A stretch of 64,000 nt of DNA, from contig JAKFCY010000003.1 in NCBI GenBank assembly GCA_036676395.1, positions 128,001-192,000 on the forward strand, given 5' to 3'. Each line of letters starts with the position of its first letter. Within the stretch, counting starts at the first letter, position 1. This DNA is from Bdellovibrio sp. (GTDB taxonomy: Bacteria > Bdellovibrionota > Bdellovibrionia > Bdellovibrionales > Bdellovibrionaceae). This document shows, one piece after another, positions 50,200 through 60,744 of the stretch. Made by a program: the position numbers and the translations under genes. Under the pieces are notes generated by a model. That model was not told the DNA's origin, made no database searches, and worked only from the letters and a program-made list of their open reading frames with translations.

Positions 50200-50988
50200 T
50201 TGGTTTTAAGTCGCGGAACTACCTTTTCATTAATCGCACACGGCACGTTGTTCTTGGCAATAGTCATCAATGTATCGTTTTTTAACAAGCCCAGGTTAGA
50301 CCTGTCTGAAGCGATTCGCGTTGATATGGTAGGCTTACCTGAAAAATATAATCCCGCACAAAAATCGACTGACCTGCCAGAAAAAATCGAAAAACCAGTC
50401 GAGCCCGTCGTTGAAGAAAAAAAACCAGAACCTAAAGTTGAACCCAAAGTAGAGGCCAAGCCTGAAGCGAAACCCGAGCCTAAAGCAGAAACGAAGCTTG
50501 ATCCAAAAGCCAAACCAGAGCCCGATGCGGTTAAATTGGATAAAGCTAAACAAAAACAAAAAGCCGCTTTAGAAAAATTAAAAAAACTTTCAGCAATAGA
50601 TAAAATCCGCCAGCAAGTTCAAAACGAAAAAACGGCTGCTGCGACGGCCAAAATTTTAAAAGGCCGCGTAATCACAAGAGGCACTGCTTTAACAGGTCTT
50701 GATCGCATTCAGTCTGATAATTATACCGGGCAATTAGATGCTTTAATTAAATCACACTGGGCCTTGCCACAATGGCTGATTGGCAAACAGCTAAAAACAA
50801 AAGTCTTAGTTAAGATCGAACCCGATGGTCGTGTTAGCGACAAAAAAGTCGTGCAATCATCTGGAAACCCTACTTATGATGATTACTGCTTACAAGCTGT
50901 AACGAAAGCCTCACCGTTTCCGAAAGTACCGGATAAATTTACCGAAATTTACGCAGAAGATGGTGTGATCTTTGGATTTCCAGAATAA
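50200..50988 (+). CDS. tolA: TolA/TonB-like protein
   Basis: S..H TM motif, EPK-rich linker, SSGNPTYD C-domain; between tolR and tolB. Confidence 0.85.
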   Translation: MVLSRGTTFSLIAHGTLFLAIVINVSFFNKPRLDLSEAIRVDMVGLPEKYNPAQKSTDLPEKIEKPVEPVVEEKKPEPKVEPKVEAKPEAKPEPKAETKLDPKAKPEPDAVKLDKAKQKQKAALEKLKKLSAIDKIRQQVQNEKTAAATAKILKGRVITRGTALTGLDRIQSDNYTGQLDALIKSHWALPQWLIGKQLKTKVLVKIEPDGRVSDKKVVQSSGNPTYDDYCLQAVTKASPFPKVPDKFTEIYAEDGVIFGFPE

Positions 50989-51000
50989 AAAAGGATAACT

Positions 51001-52362
51001 ATGAAAAATTTAGCTTTATTATTTTCAATATTAACTTTCAGTTCAATCAGTTTTGCACAAACTTACATTAAAGTCGGCGATGCCCAGGCTAAAAAAAGTA
51101 ATTTAGCTTTTCCGGTAATGAATCAGCTGAATGCAACTAAAACTGGTAATCACGTAAAACTTGCAGCGCAAGTTCACAGCACAGCATCGAAAGACTTAGA
51201 ACTTTCAACGTATTTCAACATCATGAAGGCTGGGGCCTTTTTAGAAGACACAACGACGACTTCGATTAAATCAAAAACACTTGATGCTAACGGTTTCAAA
51301 TTCGATTCTTGGAAAACAATTGGTGCAGAGTTTTTAATTCGTTCATCATTTGCCTTAGTAGGCGATGAAGTTTCTGTTGAAATGTATTTGTATCACATCG
51401 GCGAAGCTCGCGCGGTAGTAGGAAAAAAATATTCTGCTAAATCCAGCAAAACAGTCGAGCTAGGTCACAGCTTGGCTAACGATGTTCTTGAAGCCTTAAC
51501 CGGCCGTCGTGGCGTATTTTTATCTAAGATTGTAGCTACAACTGATCGCACTGGTTATAAAGAAGTTATCACTATGGATTGGGATGGAAATGATTTTAAG
51601 ACAGTCACTAAAGATCGCAGTGTTGCGATTGCCCCCAATTGGTCACCTGATGGTAAAAAATTATTGTATTCAATCTACACTCGTCGTGTAGGTTCTGCCC
51701 AAATGAATCTAACTTTGTTTCAACATGATTTAAATTCAGGAAAACGTTCAATCATTTCTAATCGTAATGGATTAAATCAAGGTGCAAGTTATTCTCCGGA
51801 TGGAAAAAATATTTATTTAACGATCTCACAAGGTGGATCACCTGATTTATACAAATTAAATCTTAAAGGTGACATCGTAACTCGTTTAACAAAAGGCCCC
51901 GCAGGCGCTATGAACGTCGAAGCTGCAGTTTCTGATGATGGAGCTAAAATTGCTTTCTCATCTGATCGTGGTGGCAACCCTTCAATTTATGTTATGAGTT
52001 CTGATGGCGGCAACGTGAAACGTTTAACGTTTCAGGGTAAATACAATTCAACACCGACTTGGTCTCCTGATGGTAAAAAAATTGCCTTCGCCAGTCAGAT
52101 TGAAAACTATTTTGATATTTTTATAATGGATAGCGATGGCACAAATTTACGCCGTATTACAACAGCCACAAAACCCAACGGTAAGCGCGCCAGCAATGAA
52201 GATCCAAGCTTTTCTCCGGACGGTCGATTTGTAGTTTTTACGAGCAATCGCACTGGCACATTTCAAATTTTTGTAAGCAGCGTTGACGGAAATGAAGAAC
52301 GCCGTGTCACTCACGATTCTTATAACTATTATAAGCCTAAATGGTCGAATAACTTGGAGTAA
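51001..52362 (+). CDS. tolB: TolB
   Basis: Repeated P.WSPDG PD40 blades, signal peptide, operon context. Confidence 0.9.
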   Translation: MKNLALLFSILTFSSISFAQTYIKVGDAQAKKSNLAFPVMNQLNATKTGNHVKLAAQVHSTASKDLELSTYFNIMKAGAFLEDTTTTSIKSKTLDANGFKFDSWKTIGAEFLIRSSFALVGDEVSVEMYLYHIGEARAVVGKKYSAKSSKTVELGHSLANDVLEALTGRRGVFLSKIVATTDRTGYKEVITMDWDGNDFKTVTKDRSVAIAPNWSPDGKKLLYSIYTRRVGSAQMNLTLFQHDLNSGKRSIISNRNGLNQGASYSPDGKNIYLTISQGGSPDLYKLNLKGDIVTRLTKGPAGAMNVEAAVSDDGAKIAFSSDRGGNPSIYVMSSDGGNVKRLTFQGKYNSTPTWSPDGKKIAFASQIENYFDIFIMDSDGTNLRRITTATKPNGKRASNEDPSFSPDGRFVVFTSNRTGTFQIFVSSVDGNEERRVTHDSYNYYKPKWSNNLE

Positions 52363-52423
52363 AAATAAGCACGCTTAATGGGATCTTGACGATCCCTAAG
52401 CCTCGTCAGGTATAAAAACACCT

Positions 52424-53068
52424 ATGAAAACACAAGTGTTAAAAGTAAAGAATTCGCAAGTTAATGTTATTGTTTGGATCTACTTACTAGCTTTCGTTTT
52501 AATGACTTGGTCATTTAAAACTCACGCTAAAGACGCAAGCACCGATGCTAAAAAAGCTGCTGCTCCAGCGGTCGCGCAAACAGTTACAATCGACACATCT
52601 CTTGGCAAAATCAAAGTTAAATTAAACTCTGAAAAAGCACCCATCAGCACTGAAAATTTCTTAAAATACGTCGAAAAAAAATTCTACGATAAAACGATTT
52701 TTCACCGCGTAATCAAAGACTTTATGATTCAAGGTGGCGGCCACACAGCTGACATGAAAGAAAAAGCACCACTTTTTCCGCCAATCACTAACGAAGCAAA
52801 AAATGGTTTATCAAATATGCGTGGAACACTGGCGATGGCTCGTACTAACGACATCAACTCTGCCACTGCACAATTTTTTATTAACGTAGTTGATAACCAG
52901 CGTTTAGATCACAAATCTGAAGATCGTTATGGTTATGCTGTATTTGGCGAAGTGATCGAAGGCATGGATGTAGTTGATAAAATCCGTGATTCGAAAACGA
53001 CAACTAAAGGCGAATACGCTGACGTTCCTGAAAAAGTAATCACAATTAAATCAATTCGTAAAAACTAG
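52424..53068 (+). CDS. Exported cyclophilin-type PPIase
   Basis: [37 protein letters not shown]; signal sequence. Confidence 0.92.
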   Translation: MKTQVLKVKNSQVNVIVWIYLLAFVLMTWSFKTHAKDASTDAKKAAAPAVAQTVTIDTSLGKIKVKLNSEKAPISTENFLKYVEKKFYDKTIFHRVIKDFMIQGGGHTADMKEKAPLFPPITNEAKNGLSNMRGTLAMARTNDINSATAQFFINVVDNQRLDHKSEDRYGYAVFGEVIEGMDVVDKIRDSKTTTKGEYADVPEKVITIKSIRKN

Positions 53069-53077
53069 GATAAAAAT

Positions 53078-53581
53078 ATGATAGCTACATTCGATACAAA
53101 CCGCGGAACATTTAAAGTTAAACTTTTTGCAGATAAAGCGCCTAAGACAGTTGAAAACTTCGTAGGCCTTGCGACTGGCACTAAAGAATTCACTGATCCT
53201 AAAACGGGCGACAAAGTAAAACGTCCTTATTTCGACGGTTTAGTTTTTCACCGTGTAATTAAAGATTTTATGATTCAAGGTGGTTGTCCGCTTGGGACAG
53301 GCACTGGCGGCCCAGGTTATAAATTCGGTGACGAATTTCACCCTGAATTAAAACACAATAAACCAGGTCTTCTTTCAATGGCTAACGCTGGTCCTGGCAC
53401 GAATGGTTCACAATTTTTTATCACGACTGTGCCAACACCATGGCTTGATAACAAACACACAATTTTCGGTGAAGTGACTGAAGGTTATGATGTTGTTGAT
53501 GCTATCGGTAAAACTAAAACTGGCCCGATGGATCGCCCTGCTGAACCAATTGTTATTAATAAATTAACGATTGCACAGTAA
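53078..53581 (+). CDS. Cytoplasmic cyclophilin-type PPIase
   Basis: [41 protein letters not shown]. Confidence 0.94.
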   Translation: MIATFDTNRGTFKVKLFADKAPKTVENFVGLATGTKEFTDPKTGDKVKRPYFDGLVFHRVIKDFMIQGGCPLGTGTGGPGYKFGDEFHPELKHNKPGLLSMANAGPGTNGSQFFITTVPTPWLDNKHTIFGEVTEGYDVVDAIGKTKTGPMDRPAEPIVINKLTIAQ

Positions 53582-53604
53582 TCGCTAAAATTACATCTTT
53601 AAAG

Positions 53605-53632
53605 AAAAAGGGAGTCTCAAGCTCCCTTTTTT
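53605..53632. terminator. Bidirectional rho-independent terminator
   Basis: AAAAAGGGAG-N7-CTCCCTTTTTT between convergent genes. Confidence 0.85.
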
Positions 53633-55230
53633 TATTTATCTAAAGTTAATTCAACAAAAGTGGTATATGTCGGCCGCAATGGAATTATAACCTGGCGTTT
53701 TTTCAAACCAGGAATATCAATATCAACCTTTAATGGAAATGTTTTTTCATTCCAGCCAACAGGATTAATTGAGGTTGGTTTCCAGTTTACATCTGCAGGT
53801 TTTACGTTTCCGGTAAATTGCACATTCAATTGATTGGTTTCTTTAAAATGCTTTGCCACACGCGAACCCCATTCGCGGTAACGTCCCAATTGAATGCGAT
53901 AGTCTTGCGTTGGCGTTTCACGACTAATCAGGGCATCATCAAAGACTGCGACATCTTTATTAGCAGATTTTTTACGCCCATATTGGTAATCGACTTTTAA
54001 ATATTTCGAAATGCCTTCGCTTTTTAAAAAATCTTTAGGTGGAACAAAATCTTTCGGCAACTGAATATTTACGCTTAATTGAAAAGTGCGCATTTGATTC
54101 ATTAAAGCATCGCTGGCTAATTTTCCGAACGATTCATCGCCTGCATAAAGCTTTCCACGCAAAAATTCATAGTTACTTTGATTACAGCTATTTTCTTTTT
54201 CTTCGCAACGTGAAAGATGCGTAAACACCGGAGCATATGTTGGCTGATCACAGCTAGAAGTATCAATACATTTACTCGGAACCATGGCCATACCATAAGA
54301 TTTTTTACCGATCTTAGTGTGAATGGTTTCAATTAATTTTAACTTTGGGTCATGACTGAAATACTGAGAATAATGAAAATCATTCATTGAAACATTATCT
54401 GGAATTGATTCACGAATAGCCTTGATGATTGAGTCACTGTAAAAATAAAAACCTAAACGAGCACTCGGAACATTAACCACCTGATCAGATTCTAACCGAT
54501 GCCCCATATTCATTCTTTGCGATTGCAACGAGTTGACAGAATTAACGCCGGCGATATTTAACATATACGGTGTATGTAAACGTTCAACGTTCGCTGTGGA
54601 TTTTTCACGAAAGAAAGTAAAAATTTTATTTGAAGCCGTTGACATGTCACGCACCTCAAGTTTGCCAACTGCCATAATTTTATAGACTAAGTTTTGCATC
54701 CACTCGAATGGCAATTTGTCATTAATGATGTGAGCCATGTTTGAGCCCCAAAATGGCGTACCTTGGGTCACAATTGTTTTAACTTTGTCTGCAATTTCAT
54801 TTTGGCGGGCATCAGTTCCGGCAATAGTTTTTGCATACCAAAGGGTTGTCACTAAGCCACCCTGCGAGTGACAGACAATTGAAATTTTATCGTCTTTATC
54901 TAAACGATTGATTGCAAAAAACTGATCCAGAAAATTTTCAAAACCTTCAATAAACTGCGGCACATCAGCATCCATTCTGCCGGTTCCATATAAAAATGGC
55001 TGTGTAACAACTTCGTATTTTGGATCAGCATACTCAAGATGATTTTTTAAGTTCGGTAGCAGGCTGCCAAAAGTCGTTTCGTTACCAGCTAAACCGTGCA
55101 CCGTAAAAATATAATGTTTCGCCGTCCGGGCTGTATCTGAAGACGGTTCACGCGCGAACCATTTCGATAAGCTTTGACAAGATAAACTGCAAATCAAGAT
55201 GACAAATAACAATAGGTTTTTCATAGCCAA
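53632..55230 (-). CDS. Alpha/beta hydrolase (lipase-like) lipoprotein
   Basis: VHGL, CHSQGG nucleophile elbow, GTPFWGS, SDQVV; SLSC lipobox-like; start 55230 or ATG 55224. Confidence 0.8.
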   Translation of the reverse strand: MAMKNLLLFVILICSLSCQSLSKWFAREPSSDTARTAKHYIFTVHGLAGNETTFGSLLPNLKNHLEYADPKYEVVTQPFLYGTGRMDADVPQFIEGFENFLDQFFAINRLDKDDKISIVCHSQGGLVTTLWYAKTIAGTDARQNEIADKVKTIVTQGTPFWGSNMAHIINDKLPFEWMQNLVYKIMAVGKLEVRDMSTASNKIFTFFREKSTANVERLHTPYMLNIAGVNSVNSLQSQRMNMGHRLESDQVVNVPSARLGFYFYSDSIIKAIRESIPDNVSMNDFHYSQYFSHDPKLKLIETIHTKIGKKSYGMAMVPSKCIDTSSCDQPTYAPVFTHLSRCEEKENSCNQSNYEFLRGKLYAGDESFGKLASDALMNQMRTFQLSVNIQLPKDFVPPKDFLKSEGISKYLKVDYQYGRKKSANKDVAVFDDALISRETPTQDYRIQLGRYREWGSRVAKHFKETNQLNVQFTGNVKPADVNWKPTSINPVGWNEKTFPLKVDIDIPGLKKRQVIIPLRPTYTTFVELTLDK

Positions 55231-55396
55231 CTTATCGTAATTCTTATAGACAAATTCGAGTCTAGTACACCATTACCTGCTCCACTGTTGACCCCTAATT
55301 GTCACTTCTCAGTCTGAGACGCATTCTCTGCAATCTATTGAATTTGGCAAGCAAGCCGTTTGCTTTATTTAAGAGTAACCAAGGAGCCTTATCATT

Positions 55397-58300
55397 ATGA
55401 GACATTTACAAACTATTGCGACATTCGTAGTTTTAATGACCTCATTGGCTGCTTTCGCTAATCCAACGATACTATCAACAACGACTCAATTCGGTGACCA
55501 AGTGAACTTGGACATCGGCAATAATGAACCTAAGCCTGACCCAAGTTTCTTACGTCGTTTACGCCAGGAATTAAATAAAATCGAGATGGAAGAGGCTAAA
55601 AAAAATCAGGGTGAGGGTACAAGACATGTGCTTCGCCATGTAAAAGCCCATTTTGTACCAGACAGTATTACATTCGCTATTGCCGGTGGTTTAGTTTATT
55701 TTACGCAATTGCAAATTGCCACTAAGTCAGATCCAGAATTAATGGTTAAACACATTGAAGCATTAAAAGATCCTATTGCTCACATTTCATTTGCAGCCTT
55801 TATGGTCGCGAACGGGATCTACATCGACATGAAAACGCGTGGCTTAGATCCGATGACAAAACAATTAGCGATGAAAACACTGACCTACAAAGGTTTAGCG
55901 GTTGGTTCATTTGCTTCAAGCTTAACCGCAGATTTACTAGTCACAATGAAAGAGTGTACTAAAGGTTGGATCACTAACAAAAATGATCCCGCTTCTCAGG
56001 CCGCTTGTGATTATTCTTACAAACAATGGACGAATAGAAGTAAATATGTTCAATACACTACGCAAATTTTAGCACTAATTGTTGCGCAAAAGGCGACTGA
56101 AGTCGTTGAAGCAGGTGCCCGCGGGGTTGGTAGAACAGTTATTAAACCCGGAGCAAAAGCTCTTGAATCAACTTTTGTTAAACTTTTAAAAGTAAGTGCT
56201 GCAAATGTTGATCTGGCTTTTTCTGGTGGCACTTGGTGGATCAAAGCCATTCGCTGGGGCGGAAAATTAACTAAATTCAGTATGTTCTTAGCTGTTGATC
56301 ACTATGTAGCTCCTCATGTTAACCGTGCAGGCAATAACCTACTGCAACCGGCATTCTTTGATTTCGATGCTATGGCTCTTGGAAAATCACTGGCACATGG
56401 AAGCAAACATAATTGGAATGTAACTGCGGCTGATAAAGCTAATGAATCTTTTCAGAACTTTCCAAAACAGATCGAAAATTTCACAGAGCGTATGGCTCAG
56501 TGGCGCATGCATTTAAATGCCAAAGCAGAGGCAAACCTTGCTGGCTGGTTAGATGTATCGTCAAAATTGCTTCACCAAGTAGATTACTCTAAAAACTTTT
56601 ACTTAAAATATGTTGAAAACTTATTTGATACTTTGAATCGCCAGCATTTAATTAATCAAGGCGAATTCAAAGATGCACCAAGCCGCGCTTGGGCTTTAGA
56701 AAGAAAGTATCCATTAAGACTTTTACCATTATACGGTGTTAAGAGCGGTAAAGATTTTGGTGATCAACCAGAAAATGATGTTTATATATCACATCCATTC
56801 CAGCTTGAACCCGCGCAAAATGAAATGGTTCAAAAAGTGGCCGCAGCTTTTTATCCTAAACTTCAAACTTTCGAAATGTCCGCTGAACATTTGGGTGAAG
56901 TTCAAAGATTAATTTCGCCGTTAACACAGAAGCTATCTCCGATCAGACAAGGTATTCAATTAGACAAAATCAATAGACGTTTAAAAATGCTTCCATTCAT
57001 TAAAAAGAATGATGATCCAAATAAAGGAATTCGCACTGCTTTAACACAATTCAAATCAACTTTAGGCGATCCAAAGCCACAACTTAAAGAAGGCGCCGGA
57101 TTTAACATGGCCTTTGATACGAACATTGGAAACTACCAATCAGCTCAGACGGCTGGCTTCGACTTAAGAGCCAAAAACTTTGCTTTTGCTAAAACTTCAG
57201 ATTTGATGCTGTTAAAAATGATTTGCGGTGATAAACAAGCTAAAATCAAAGAAGGTACTTTTGCGGGCGTAACTTTCTACCCGCCACGTATCGTTAATTA
57301 CAATGGTGAATTAGATATTTGTAAAAATACTTTCTACGGGAAAAACACAACAAGTGATACTTTACACGATTGGAAAATCGAAACAGACGGTAAAACTTTT
57401 GAGAGTCCAACTCGCTTTATTATGGCGCGCATTTACCCACAAGTATTAGGTAACTGGCGCAGCGAAACTAAAGACGATAAGGGCGTTGCCTTTGACCAGT
57501 GGTGGGTAACAAGCATTCTACCTGGCTTACAAGCACAGCTTAAAAAAATGGATGCACGCTATGGCCAAGTCGTTGCCGAAGCTGATCAGCAGCTGAATAA
57601 CCACAGATCTTGGTATGACAAAGCCATTGATAATGTTTTTACTGGCGAAGCTTACATGAAAGATAAAATGATTTTAGATAATAATTTGGGCGACAACTTA
57701 CGCTTCGAATTTGAATTCTATTTATCAGCTCTTAAAACAGTTCTTTTAAAAGAAAAAGTTGCCGCACAAAAAACAAACCACGAATATATTCTTGAAATTT
57801 CAAAACGCGCCAGAACGAATGGTTATACGATTCCGAATGTTTCTTCAGAAAACGAAGCTAAACGTTTAAAAACTAAATATAAGAATTTGTTCATTTTAGT
57901 AAAAGATGTGGCTGCTGAAGATATTACGACTGTAGATGACCTATCAGAGAAAATTGTAATACCAGCTCGTGAATTAGTTGAAAAAGCAAAGAAAAATCCT
58001 AAAGATTTTTCTTCGATTGCCCAATACGAAAGAGCATTAAATACGTTAACTTCTGAATTAAATGTATTTCGCGTGAATGAATTAGAAATGAATTACAAAA
58101 ACTTCATGGCTTTATTACGTCTTAAATCATTGAAGTTTGAAGATATGATCGCCGCTAAAGAAAAACTTTATAAAGCGAACACGATCATTTTCAGTGGCTT
58201 TAAACAAATAGCTGAACTAGCTGGAGCAGAAGCTGAAACATTACCTGCTGATTTTAAATCCATCCTGGCCATAGCAAATGGTTTAGAAGCGCTTGAAATT

Positions 58301-58447
58301 GAAGTGAATCGTTATTTGTTAATGAAAGTAAAACTAGCTGATCGCTTAGAGATCGATATGTCACAGCTTAATACTTTCTTAAAACACAGATCTTTGGCTC
58401 CTCAGCAAAGACAAGGCTCTAGAGCACACCAAACCGGTGGACAGTAA
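55397..58447 (+). CDS. Large secreted hypothetical protein (1016 aa)
   Basis: AAGGAG RBS, signal peptide, long ORF; no family recognised. Confidence 0.85.
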   Translation: MRHLQTIATFVVLMTSLAAFANPTILSTTTQFGDQVNLDIGNNEPKPDPSFLRRLRQELNKIEMEEAKKNQGEGTRHVLRHVKAHFVPDSITFAIAGGLVYFTQLQIATKSDPELMVKHIEALKDPIAHISFAAFMVANGIYIDMKTRGLDPMTKQLAMKTLTYKGLAVGSFASSLTADLLVTMKECTKGWITNKNDPASQAACDYSYKQWTNRSKYVQYTTQILALIVAQKATEVVEAGARGVGRTVIKPGAKALESTFVKLLKVSAANVDLAFSGGTWWIKAIRWGGKLTKFSMFLAVDHYVAPHVNRAGNNLLQPAFFDFDAMALGKSLAHGSKHNWNVTAADKANESFQNFPKQIENFTERMAQWRMHLNAKAEANLAGWLDVSSKLLHQVDYSKNFYLKYVENLFDTLNRQHLINQGEFKDAPSRAWALERKYPLRLLPLYGVKSGKDFGDQPENDVYISHPFQLEPAQNEMVQKVAAAFYPKLQTFEMSAEHLGEVQRLISPLTQKLSPIRQGIQLDKINRRLKMLPFIKKNDDPNKGIRTALTQFKSTLGDPKPQLKEGAGFNMAFDTNIGNYQSAQTAGFDLRAKNFAFAKTSDLMLLKMICGDKQAKIKEGTFAGVTFYPPRIVNYNGELDICKNTFYGKNTTSDTLHDWKIETDGKTFESPTRFIMARIYPQVLGNWRSETKDDKGVAFDQWWVTSILPGLQAQLKKMDARYGQVVAEADQQLNNHRSWYDKAIDNVFTGEAYMKDKMILDNNLGDNLRFEFEFYLSALKTVLLKEKVAAQKTNHEYILEISKRARTNGYTIPNVSSENEAKRLKTKYKNLFILVKDVAAEDITTVDDLSEKIVIPARELVEKAKKNPKDFSSIAQYERALNTLTSELNVFRVNELEMNYKNFMALLRLKSLKFEDMIAAKEKLYKANTIIFSGFKQIAELAGAEAETLPADFKSILAIANGLEALEIEVNRYLLMKVKLADRLEIDMSQLNTFLKHRSLAPQQRQGSRAHQTGGQ

Positions 58448-58597
58448 TGTCTAAGCATTTAACACTGACGACGCGATTGGCGTCTTTGGTGTTTCAAAAT
58501 GAGATAATACGCTCTGGAAGTGCATTTAAAACGATTTAAGTAGGCATTAAAATTGAAATTAACTTTAAACGAAGAATTAAAAAACGGAGATTTGAAC

Positions 58598-59170
58598 ATG
58601 AAAAAATTAATAATCTTAGCCATCCTGGTAGCTTCAAACATCGCTTTAGCGCAAGTTAGAGAAGTGAATAAGCCTTTGTCTCGCGAGCAAGCACGCCGTG
58701 CAAACGTTGAGCGCAAAGAGACTAAAGATTATTTAGAAGCCGTTAAAAAAGGTAAAGTTACTCAGCCAATCAAAGCAGCTCTAGTTAAGCTTTTAAGTGA
58801 TGCTACATCTAAAATCGGTGGTGTCGATTCTACTAATTTAGAATCTTTAATTTCTACCCGTCCAGAAACTTTAGACAAAGTAACTCAATTAATCAGTCTT
58901 CACAGAGATGGTACTGTTGAGCAAAAATCAAAAGCGGCCACTGACTTAAAAATCTTAAGCGAAGGTTCTAAATATGAATTAACGAAAGAAAGTGCTGAGA
59001 TTTTAGAAAAAATCACTGAAATGGCCGAATACAACGAAGCGGCAAAACAATTTAAAGCTGAATTAATCAAGACCTTAAGACTTGGTAAGGCTAAATCGAT
59101 CGAAGAAGCTATTAAAATCGCCTCGAACGGTAAAATCACTTTAGAAAAAATTAAGGAATGCATCATTTAA
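58598..59170 (+). CDS. Secreted helical hypothetical protein
   Basis: GGAG RBS, MKKLIILAILVASNIALA signal; ATG 58598. Confidence 0.82.
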   Translation: MKKLIILAILVASNIALAQVREVNKPLSREQARRANVERKETKDYLEAVKKGKVTQPIKAALVKLLSDATSKIGGVDSTNLESLISTRPETLDKVTQLISLHRDGTVEQKSKAATDLKILSEGSKYELTKESAEILEKITEMAEYNEAAKQFKAELIKTLRLGKAKSIEEAIKIASNGKITLEKIKECII

Positions 59171-59192
59171 TAAAATTGTGTAACCTTGTTGC

Positions 59193-59774
59193 ATGATTGA
59201 ATGGCTATCAAACTTAGAAAAATCGATTTTACTTTGGATTCACCAAACAAACTCGAACTCTATCTTTGATGGCCTTTTTCCGTTTTATACCGACATTCAT
59301 AAAATTAACTGGTTCATTATACCTGCTGTTTTAATTCTGCTTTATTTTTTCATTCATAGATACAAACGCGCAGGCTTAACTTATTTCTTATTCTTGGCTT
59401 TAAGTATGGGTATCAGCGACTTTGCCGGAAAACACGTAAAAAATAATTATCCTCGTATGCGCCCCTATACAGTTAAAGAACTGCAAATCACCGAAAAAAG
59501 CCCTGCAGGGCCTACAAGTAGTTTTTATTCTAATCACACATCGAACATGTTTACCTTTGCCACTTACACGAGTCATTTTTTTCCGGCGGCTAAACTGCTG
59601 TTCTTTGCCTTAGCTTTTTTAACTGGATATTCGCGCATGTATAACGGCGTTCATTATCCGTCTGATGTTTTAGCGGGCGCGCTCATGGGCTTACTTATCG
59701 GCTGGCTACTTGCTCGCCTAGCTAAAAAAATAGTTTATAAAATTCATTATTCGCATTTGGAGAAAAATCCATGA
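59193..59774 (+). CDS. PAP2 family membrane phosphatase
   Basis: K..RP, SFYSNH, SRMYNGVHYPSDV. Confidence 0.88.
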   Translation: MIEWLSNLEKSILLWIHQTNSNSIFDGLFPFYTDIHKINWFIIPAVLILLYFFIHRYKRAGLTYFLFLALSMGISDFAGKHVKNNYPRMRPYTVKELQITEKSPAGPTSSFYSNHTSNMFTFATYTSHFFPAAKLLFFALAFLTGYSRMYNGVHYPSDVLAGALMGLLIGWLLARLAKKIVYKIHYSHLEKNP

Positions 59775-60739
59775 AAACAATAGTTACCGGCGCTAATGGT
59801 TTTTTAGGTTCTTGGTTATGCAAGCGTCTCTTAGATGAAGGACATGAAGTTACAGCCCTGGTTCGTAAAACCAGCGACTTAAGCGAAATTGAACATCTAA
59901 AATTAAATTATGAATACGGCGATGTGACCAACAAAGCATCTCTACAAACCGCTTTTAAAAATAAAGATTATGTTTTTCACTTAGCTGGTTTAATCGCTTA
60001 TAAAAAAGCTGATCGCCCGATGATGGATAAAGTAAATATCGGTGGCACGCAAAACGTGGTCGATGTTTTAACTGAACAAAAACAAGCTAAGCTTTTAAAT
60101 CTATCTTCAGTGGTTGCTGTAGGTGCCAGTTTTACTCCCAAAGAATTAACTGAAGAATCACCATACACGATTCACAAATTAAACTTAGGTTATTTTGAAA
60201 CTAAGCACACCGCTGAAAAAATTGTATGTGCGGCTGCTAAAGAAAATAAAATACATGCGATCAATGTTAATCCAAGCACAATCTATGGTTTTGGCGACGC
60301 TAAAAAAGGCAGCCGTAAAACCCAAGTTAAAGTCGCGCGCGGAAAGTTTCCGTTCTATACCGGCGGTGGCGTGAACGTGGTCGCAGCCGAAGACGTTACT
60401 GATGGTATTATGAAGGCGATTACCAAAGGCCGTAGTGGTGAACGTTATTTGTTAACCTCAGAGAACATGACGATCAAAGAATTATTCACAAAAATTTCTG
60501 GCTTTGCCGGAGTAAAAGCACCTAAGATTTTAATGCCATTTCCGGTGTTAAAATTAATTGGCCAAATCGGCGATTTAACGGGTTCTGGCTTGTCTGTAGA
60601 AAATGCTTATACCGCATCTATGTATCACTGGTTTAACTGCGATAAGGCAAAAAAAGAACTTGGCTTTAGTCCGAGACCCTCTGATATTGCTATCGAAAAC
60701 AGTGTACGCTGGATGAAAGATCACGGTTATTTGGACTAA
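59771..60739 (+). CDS. NAD-dependent epimerase/dehydratase (extended SDR)
   Basis: VTGANGFLG, FHLAG, YFETK. Confidence 0.9.
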   Translation: MKTIVTGANGFLGSWLCKRLLDEGHEVTALVRKTSDLSEIEHLKLNYEYGDVTNKASLQTAFKNKDYVFHLAGLIAYKKADRPMMDKVNIGGTQNVVDVLTEQKQAKLLNLSSVVAVGASFTPKELTEESPYTIHKLNLGYFETKHTAEKIVCAAAKENKIHAINVNPSTIYGFGDAKKGSRKTQVKVARGKFPFYTGGGVNVVAAEDVTDGIMKAITKGRSGERYLLTSENMTIKELFTKISGFAGVKAPKILMPFPVLKLIGQIGDLTGSGLSVENAYTASMYHWFNCDKAKKELGFSPRPSDIAIENSVRWMKDHGYLD

Positions 60740-60744
60740 ATTAA

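Noticed and set aside
50380..50530. EPK/EAK low-complexity repeats and antisense ORFs 50172-50513 and 50335-50559
   Set aside because: Normal TolA linker; the antisense ORFs are by-products of it
55344..55364. Sigma-54-like sequence before the 1016-aa gene (also AGGCATTAAAATTGA near 58542)
   Set aside because: GG-N10-GC not satisfied exactly
58459..58716. 85-aa minus-strand ORF
   Set aside because: Antisense to the 58598 gene and its promoter region
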